A stretch of DNA of 64,000 bases from a virus (Duplodnaviria; Heunggongvirae; Uroviricota; Caudoviricetes). The position numbers and the translations under genes were made by a program. The notes under the pieces are model-generated. The model did no database searches, had not been told where the DNA came from, and worked only from the letters and a program-made list of their open reading frames with translations. Below, piece by piece: positions 58,018 through 64,000 of the stretch (the stretch's first letter is position 1; every line of letters begins with the position of its first letter). The DNA is taken from the IMG/VR virus record IMGVR_UViG_3300032093_014924; one strand, given 5' to 3'.

Positions 58018-60453
58018 TTATAATTTACCGTTAATATTCTCAGAAATTTGAATATTAACCAATCTTGTCATATTTTTAATGAATGTTGGGTCACTTATTA
58101 ATCCAGTTGATATATTATTTCCACCAGGTAAAGATATTTTAATATCACCACTAATTTTTAATTCATCAAATCTATGTATCATATTACCATTACTATTCAT
58201 AGCTTCAGCTAATGCTCTATTACCACCAGCATCTGTTCCAGCAATCATAGTAGCGTCATTTAACTTCATAAATTTATCTTTTGGGTTAAATTTTATTATA
58301 CCATCATTAATAGTAACATCACTTGCATCATCAACAATATCACTCGTATAATCATTTGGATTACCCCTAATGTCTGAAAATAAATCTTTATTAGGTATAA
58401 CAGTTGGTGCATTAGGGTATTTTTTTCTATAAATTGCTCTAGCATTAGCTAAATTGTCTGTACCCATGTTTTCAACACTTAACCCGATTTTCTTATTTAC
58501 ATATTTAAGAGGGTTGAAACTATCCTCACCCACACTTTCAAGTAATGACATACCTGAACCTCCAAATGACTCAAAAAAACCACCAAATCCTGTGTTTCTA
58601 GTTTTTTCATCACTCGCAAAATCAAATATATCTTTAGCTGCACCGAGTATTGCCGCTATACCTGCTAACGTACCAGCAAGTCTAGTTAAACCACCCAATA
58701 AAGGCTTAACAAAAGAAAATGCACCTTGTATCATAGGTCCAAGATTTTTCATTGTAGCTAAATTAAAACCAGCACCAAAAGATAAACCAGATGCAAACCA
58801 TTTAGCCCCTTCAAGTAAACCTATACCAAGAATTGCACTTCCTATACCCAAACCTGGATTATCAATAAACCATTTAACATACCCACCAATTGTTTCAGCA
58901 AAACTAACTAATTTTTTCGCATAGTCTTCAAATTTTACGTTTTTAAGATAATATGCTAATTTTTCTACTGCTGGTTTAAAACTTTTAACTAATTCTTTAG
59001 CAAAAACATCCAAAACTGGCATAATGGGTAAAAATAATTCTTTTACACCATTTATAAAATTAGTTATTGTTTCATCAAATGTTTGTGCACTTTCAGCTCT
59101 TTCAGCTAATGATTTTTTTTCTTCCATTTGTTTTTTAATAAATTCATTACCTGATTTACCAAGTGCACTTAAAAATTTCTTTTCACCATTAACTTCAATA
59201 TAAGCTTTACCGTTTTTATCTAATTTAGCGGTATTCATCAAAAATTCTTTTTCTTCATCACCAATACTAAACGAAACTTGGCCTTCTATCATACTGAATT
59301 TTTTTGCGTTTTTTCCAGCTGTAACCAAATCTTCAAAAGCGATACCAGTTTGTTCAGCAATTTTTCTTAATCTATGTAATTCAAGACCTGACATATCAAA
59401 TTCACCAGTCTTACTATTAAATTCGACTGATTGTTCAACAGCTTTACCTATTTCTTCAGTTAATCCAGCAACATCATTTCTTGCCATATACATTAAATGA
59501 AATGGGTCAGCCAAATTTGAAAATGAACCACCCAAAACTTGCAATTGAGCAGACATTTGAACAGCACCTTCAATATCAAATAACTTTTCAGCCATACCAG
59601 TTGCAAAGTTCATATCAACACCAAGTCTTGTTGTTGTTTCAGCCATTTTCTTTAAACCAGCTACACCACCTTTAAAATTATATTTATTTAATAATTTAAT
59701 GTTATTTGATATTGCTTTTACAACTTTACTAGCATTTAAACCCATTTTACTAGAATCATTCATCGTTTGGTCAATAAATTCACCAGTTCTTTCAGCACTA
59801 TAACCTATAAGTTCAAAATCAGCAGCCATTTTAGCTGCACCTTCAGCACCTAAACCAGTTGCAGCAGCCATAGCACCGATAGCCACCAATCCATCTTTAC
59901 CTAACATTACTGTTCTACCCATTTCTTCAGTGTATGCCGCTTGCATCTCAGCTAATTGACCTTGGTTTATACCAAATTCATTTGTGATTCGACCAGCATC
60001 AGCTAATGACTTTCTAAAAGATTTTGTTTGTGTATCTAAAATGCCCATGTTTAAAGCAGACATTTTAATTTTTTTGTCTATTTCAGCTAAATATCGTGTA
60101 TAAGAAACTATACTACCATATGCGCTAGTAATACCACCTAATAAATTTTTTGACGTTTGTAGAGCTGATGCAGAAAATTCTTGTGCTTTGACTATATTAG
60201 ACGTTTCTTTTGCTATGCGCTTATATCTTACTTCTAATTCTTTTACTTGCCTTAATTCTTCTTCTAAAATATCCTTTTGTTCGCCAGTAGCTTTTGATAT
60301 TTGTTTTTCTAAATAAGCTATATTACTCTTAATAGCTTTAATCTTTTTTACAAATTCAATATAACCGCCAGTATCTTCGTTTATTCGTCTTACTAACTCT
60401 GCTTCATCTCTTAATTGTTCTAAAAGTTTTTCTCTTTCTCTTTCTCCAGCCAT
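58018..60453 (-). CDS. tail tape measure protein
   Basis: Long A/K/E-rich helical protein with a hydrophobic G/A/L-rich region; C-term INDGIIKFNPKD; downstream of chaperone genes. Confidence 0.88.
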   Translation of the reverse strand: MAGEREREKLLEQLRDEAELVRRINEDTGGYIEFVKKIKAIKSNIAYLEKQISKATGEQKDILEEELRQVKELEVRYKRIAKETSNIVKAQEFSASALQTSKNLLGGITSAYGSIVSYTRYLAEIDKKIKMSALNMGILDTQTKSFRKSLADAGRITNEFGINQGQLAEMQAAYTEEMGRTVMLGKDGLVAIGAMAAATGLGAEGAAKMAADFELIGYSAERTGEFIDQTMNDSSKMGLNASKVVKAISNNIKLLNKYNFKGGVAGLKKMAETTTRLGVDMNFATGMAEKLFDIEGAVQMSAQLQVLGGSFSNLADPFHLMYMARNDVAGLTEEIGKAVEQSVEFNSKTGEFDMSGLELHRLRKIAEQTGIAFEDLVTAGKNAKKFSMIEGQVSFSIGDEEKEFLMNTAKLDKNGKAYIEVNGEKKFLSALGKSGNEFIKKQMEEKKSLAERAESAQTFDETITNFINGVKELFLPIMPVLDVFAKELVKSFKPAVEKLAYYLKNVKFEDYAKKLVSFAETIGGYVKWFIDNPGLGIGSAILGIGLLEGAKWFASGLSFGAGFNLATMKNLGPMIQGAFSFVKPLLGGLTRLAGTLAGIAAILGAAKDIFDFASDEKTRNTGFGGFFESFGGSGMSLLESVGEDSFNPLKYVNKKIGLSVENMGTDNLANARAIYRKKYPNAPTVIPNKDLFSDIRGNPNDYTSDIVDDASDVTINDGIIKFNPKDKFMKLNDATMIAGTDAGGNRALAEAMNSNGNMIHRFDELKISGDIKISLPGGNNISTGLISDPTFIKNMTRLVNIQISENINGKL

Positions 60454-60467
60454 AATTATTTATTTTA

Positions 60468-61406
60468 TTAGTTATTAGGTACAATATAACCATAATTATC
60501 TCCAGAACCAGGTATCATTGTTAATATGTTATTATTAGTGTCGTTATCATTATCAACTAATTCACCAGTTCTTTTATCTCTAACTTTTGTTATAAACGTA
60601 TTGTCACGAACATTATATGTTTTAATTATTGTAAATATATATTTATTTGTATCTAATTTAATTTCTTTATAATCATTTATTACTTTACCAGTATATTTTT
60701 GATTATCATATTTAAATTCAGCATTTTTGTTTGATATAAAATTTTTATTATTTGGAACAGATTTAAGTTTATAATTAATACTATTTCTTAAATCACGTGT
60801 TAAATCATCCAATTTAATTATACCCTTACCTTCTCTAGCTTTATTACCTTTTATAACATTAAATAACCTACCAAATAAATTAGGTGCCTTATAAAAAGAT
60901 TGTCTTAATAATGGGTCATCCAATAATTTATTATAATCTATACTATCTGCACTAACACTTTCACCACCTTGTTCACCACCTTGTTCACCACCTTGTTGAT
61001 TACCTTGTTGATTACCTTGTTGATTAGAATTTGTAGGTCCGTCAATAGTATCAACAACATTACTACCTCTAACTAATTGAATTGGTGACATCATATTAAA
61101 TTCTTCTATATCCCATATTTTAGGGTTATTTAATTTAAATTTGTCTTTAACTGTATCAGCAATTCTTAATCTTAATTTATCATTGATAACACCATCAATG
61201 TAATACAACTTATCTTTGTGTTTTGGGTTTTGGTTTTTAAAAATTTTTTTTGTTAAATCAAAAACTGATAGTTTAACATCTTTGTTTTCTATTTTAAATG
61301 TTATGACATCATTCTTTTTCAATTTTGATATAAAATCTTTAACTGTTGATTCTATCAAATTATTTTTAAGTGTTTTATATTGATTTTCAGTGATTATTAT
61401 TTTCAT
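60468..61406 (-). CDS. leader-bearing hypothetical protein (MKIIITENQ..) with Q/G repeats
   Basis: ITE and LIE in the N-terminus; own TATTTAT (61424-61430). Confidence 0.75.
   Translation of the reverse strand: MKIIITENQYKTLKNNLIESTVKDFISKLKKNDVITFKIENKDVKLSVFDLTKKIFKNQNPKHKDKLYYIDGVINDKLRLRIADTVKDKFKLNNPKIWDIEEFNMMSPIQLVRGSNVVDTIDGPTNSNQQGNQQGNQQGGEQGGEQGGESVSADSIDYNKLLDDPLLRQSFYKAPNLFGRLFNVIKGNKAREGKGIIKLDDLTRDLRNSINYKLKSVPNNKNFISNKNAEFKYDNQKYTGKVINDYKEIKLDTNKYIFTIIKTYNVRDNTFITKVRDKRTGELVDNDNDTNNNILTMIPGSGDNYGYIVPNN
60961..61026 (-). repeat. 12-bp in-frame tandem repeat (NQQG/GEQG), about 5.5 copies
   Basis: tgttcaccacct and tgttgattacct units. Confidence 0.9.
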
Positions 61407-61440
61407 AAAGCTAATTATATAATATAAATATAGAAAAAAT

Positions 61441-61465
61441 AAAAAAACCCAAAATTAATTGGGTT
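61441..61465 (-). terminator. rho-independent terminator after the gp51-like gene
   Basis: AACCCAA-TTAATT-TTGGGTTTTTTT on the minus strand. Confidence 0.7.
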
Positions 61466-61727
61466 AATTATTTGGTATTTCACCGCTTTTTAATTTTGAT
61501 TTTAGTGCTTCACCACTTATTTTTGTTGTTCTACCACTTTTACCGCTTGATTTATTTTTCATTTCTTCATATTGTTCTTCACGTTGTCTTGCTTGTTTTG
61601 TTAATAATGATAAATAATATCTTCTTTCATAAATTGGTAAATTAAGAATATCAGAATAAGTAAAACCTTTTAAATGTTGTGTACAAATAAATATTTCCTC
61701 AAGTAGTGATGGTTTAAATTCTGGCAT
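61464..61727 (-). CDS. gp51-like baseplate hub/tail assembly protein (possible frameshift extension of the upstream gene)
   Basis: FTYSDILNLPIYERRYYLSLL; ATG at 61727 overlaps the end of the upstream gene. Confidence 0.72.
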   Translation of the reverse strand: MPEFKPSLLEEIFICTQHLKGFTYSDILNLPIYERRYYLSLLTKQARQREEQYEEMKNKSSGKSGRTTKISGEALKSKLKSGEIPNN

Positions 61728-62856
61728 CAGGCCAAAAAAACTTGATGTTAAGTGGAAGAAAGGTATCAATTGACCCACCTCTAGGAGTCGGAACACTGAT
61801 ATTTAAATCAATACCTGGTTCAATCGTAGATATATATTTTAATAAAGCTTTTGAATCACCAATTCTCATTGATTTTGATAAATTTGAAATAAGATTTCTA
61901 TCTCTATCACCATCAATCTCAACAATCATTTTTTCTAATGTATATGTGTTTGTATTATTAACAGCCACATTATCTTCTTTTTCTTTAGCTATAATTTGTT
62001 CAATAACATCAACATCACCACAAGTTAATAATTTAAATTTAATTACTGATTTACTAATTGGTAATGTAAAAGTAAATAAACCTTCATCGTCAGGGTCAAC
62101 TTCTAATTTTTTAATTTTTAAATCATTTAAATTAACTTCAGTATCAAATGGGTCATCTAGTTCATCTAGTAACGTTACAGGATACATTTCACCATAACTA
62201 GTTGCCCTTAACCAAATCATAATAGCATTTCTATCACCAATTAATAAATCTTCATATCTTAATTCGGTATCTAAAATTTTTCTATTAATTAATATTTTTA
62301 AAAACTCACCGCTTTGTAATAGATTAGGACTCGTCAAAATATTCTCATCAGCAGTTGTCATATAAGAAACTTTAATATTTGGTTTTCTATTTCGATATAC
62401 TTTACCTTGAGATGGTAATGGAATAACATCAAATGCTGAATTAAAATCTGGTTGACTTAATTCTATAATTTGTGAATTTAAATTTGATGGTAATTCACCA
62501 TAATTTTCTGGTTTGTTTTTAGTTGTCATATTAGTTTTAATTGTATTATAATTTTTATTTTCTACTTTATTTTGATTAATTGTTGTATCTACAACCTTAT
62601 TTACTTTTTTAACCTCACTTAAATTATCTTCAACAACAACACCAGTGTTATTCTTTAAATTTAATTGTTCTTGTGTTCTTTTCATCATCGCCTCTACAGC
62701 AGAAGCATAATTTTGATTTACTTCATTTGAATTTTTAGTGTTTTCATAAATTTCTTTTGCTACATCAATTTTTTCTCTATGATATTTTTCTTCTTCAGCT
62801 TTTCTTTTTGCTGCTTCCATATCTTCATTTGAAGGTATTACATTAAGTTTACTCAT
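61714..62856 (-). CDS. baseplate hub assembly chaperone (T4 gp26-like) with N-terminal extension
   Basis: IPLPSQGKVY, YMTTADENIL, LLIGDRNAIMIWLRATSYG, PGIDL, KFFWP end. Confidence 0.82.
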   Translation of the reverse strand: MSKLNVIPSNEDMEAAKRKAEEEKYHREKIDVAKEIYENTKNSNEVNQNYASAVEAMMKRTQEQLNLKNNTGVVVEDNLSEVKKVNKVVDTTINQNKVENKNYNTIKTNMTTKNKPENYGELPSNLNSQIIELSQPDFNSAFDVIPLPSQGKVYRNRKPNIKVSYMTTADENILTSPNLLQSGEFLKILINRKILDTELRYEDLLIGDRNAIMIWLRATSYGEMYPVTLLDELDDPFDTEVNLNDLKIKKLEVDPDDEGLFTFTLPISKSVIKFKLLTCGDVDVIEQIIAKEKEDNVAVNNTNTYTLEKMIVEIDGDRDRNLISNLSKSMRIGDSKALLKYISTIEPGIDLNISVPTPRGGSIDTFLPLNIKFFWPDARI

Positions 62857-62903
62857 AACAATTACTTTATATTAAATATAATTAGTTATATTTTTATGTA
62901 AAT

Positions 62904-62933
62904 AAAAAAAAACCTAACATAAGTTAGGTTTTT
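62904..62933 (-). terminator. rho-independent terminator
   Basis: AAAAACCTAAC-TTAT-GTTAGGTTTTTTTTT on the minus strand. Confidence 0.8.
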
Positions 62934-62940
62934 ATTGTTT

Positions 62941-64000
62941 TTAGTATTTTATTAATTTCTTTATCTTTTCTATTTCATTTTCTATTAAAACTTCTTTTGG
63001 AATAACTTTCCTTTCAAAAATTTGTGGTCGATTAGCCTGTTGGTTATTGTTACCACCAGCTTGTTGTTGTGGTTGTTGTTGTTTTTGTTGTTGTTGTTGA
63101 TTATTACCACCTTGTGTTTTTAATTTATATAGATATTGAAAAAGACCAATTAATGTTTTTAAGAAATTAGCCAAATTCTTTTTAAATGCTGTTCTACTTT
63201 GAGCATCTTTAGAAAATGATTTATTAGGCATTGAAGCACCATAACCAGCTTCAACCTCTGCAATTTTATTTATATTACCACCACCTAAACCTTTCATTTT
63301 ACCAACCATACTATTATCTTTAGTATATTGATTATTAGGGTCTAAATTCTTTATTTTACCTGAGAAAGCGTTACTAACTGTTTTATAATCCGTAGAATAA
63401 ACTGTATTTAAAGTTTCTTTTATAAATGTTAAAAGTTGTCTCATATCTTGTTCATTGTCAGGATTAGCATTAGTTAAAGCTTCAAAATTTGTCATCATAA
63501 TAGGGTTTGAATCTAATTGATTTAAGAAACCCTTAATAACATTATCATTTGTTTTAGCTAAACTTTTCCTTAAAGTATTTCTAACATACTCTATTCTTTT
63601 TAACAACTCTTCAAATTTTTGTAATTGGTCAACTTTTAAATTTTTTGATAAATAAGTAATAACTCTTTTATCTTTAAAAAATTTGCCTTCGTATAACATT
63701 TCTTCACCTTCTCTTACATAATTTTGATTAGCAAAAAATCTTTCTCTACCACTTTGTGTTTGCCCACCAGCTTGTGCTCTATTACCACCTTTCATTATTT
63801 GACCACCTTGATATGTTCTACCACCTAAACTATCTCTAGCTGAAGAACTTTGAGATTTAGAAGGTGATTTAGCACCAGTACCCATTGTACCTCTATTATT
63901 AACTATAAATTGAAAAAGACTTTTTAAATCATTAAATAAACCATCTGTAGAACCACTATCTTGTGATATTTTTTTCGGGTCTTGAGCTTGAGCTACAGAA
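62941..64000 (-). CDS. hypothetical Q/G/N-rich protein, 5'-truncated by the window edge
   Basis: Frame stays open from 63885 to 64000 on manual translation; ends EVLIENEIEKIKKLIKY. Confidence 0.75.
   Translation of the reverse strand, partial: SVAQAQDPKKISQDSGSTDGLFNDLKSLFQFIVNNRGTMGTGAKSPSKSQSSSARDSLGGRTYQGGQIMKGGNRAQAGGQTQSGRERFFANQNYVREGEEMLYEGKFFKDKRVITYLSKNLKVDQLQKFEELLKRIEYVRNTLRKSLAKTNDNVIKGFLNQLDSNPIMMTNFEALTNANPDNEQDMRQLLTFIKETLNTVYSTDYKTVSNAFSGKIKNLDPNNQYTKDNSMVGKMKGLGGGNINKIAEVEAGYGASMPNKSFSKDAQSRTAFKKNLANFLKTLIGLFQYLYKLKTQGGNNQQQQQKQQQPQQQAGGNNNQQANRPQIFERKVIPKEVLIENEIEKIKKLIKY

Noticed and set aside
598-61000. Plus-strand ORFs in the track (e.g. 598-1149, 29735-30172, 45816-46205, 58454-58924)
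   Set aside because: They are antisense shadows of clear minus-strand genes, with F/L/S/I-rich composition and no motifs. Only the tube gene at 35835 is credible on the plus strand.
63031-63110. Poly-Gln tract, and the poly-Thr tract near 54630-54655, as contingency loci
   Set aside because: They are in-frame triplet low-complexity linkers and cannot switch frame.
1-64000. Stop-codon reassignment as seen in some large phages
   Set aside because: Conserved genes are full length under the standard code, and no fragmentation at TAG or TGA is evident.
1-64000. tRNA, rRNA or other structured RNA genes
   Set aside because: No cloverleaf or GC-rich non-coding stretch was seen; intergenic gaps are short and explained by promoters and terminators. 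A tRNAscan/Infernal run would be needed to exclude them fully.

Overview
AT-rich 64-kb segment of a large T4-like (contractile-tailed) phage genome. Almost all genes are on the minus strand and read intact with the standard bacterial code. The host is very likely Bacteroidota: several replication genes carry TTG-N20-TAnnTTTG promoters, and virion proteins carry SprB-like repeats. Contents: (1) replication/recombination genes (SbcC/SbcD, Dda-like helicase, PD-(D/E)XK exonuclease, primase, RuvC-like resolvase, gp41-like helicase, 5'-3' exonuclease, UvsX, gp32-like SSB, NrdA/NrdB); (2) baseplate and tail genes (gp25, gp6, gp53-like, hub with M23 peptidase, tube-initiator with OmpA-like insert, tape measure, gp26/gp51-like chaperones, and a lone plus-strand tail tube gene); (3) accessory islands around nrdA. 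Main points of interest: nrdA is fractured by a naturally split intein at the catalytic Cys, with a free-standing PD-(D/E)XK endonuclease in the gap. That endonuclease's start is preceded by a perfect 23-bp hairpin containing a putative late-promoter motif. There is also an array of cassettes in which a near-identical ~154-bp module (terminator half, late promoter, I/L-x-E-rich peptide leader) is fused to unrelated payloads, plus a second leader-bearing cluster with two ADP-ribosyltransferase-like domains. These look like a shufflable set of capsid-packaged effectors. All family assignments come from motif recognition by eye, not database searches.
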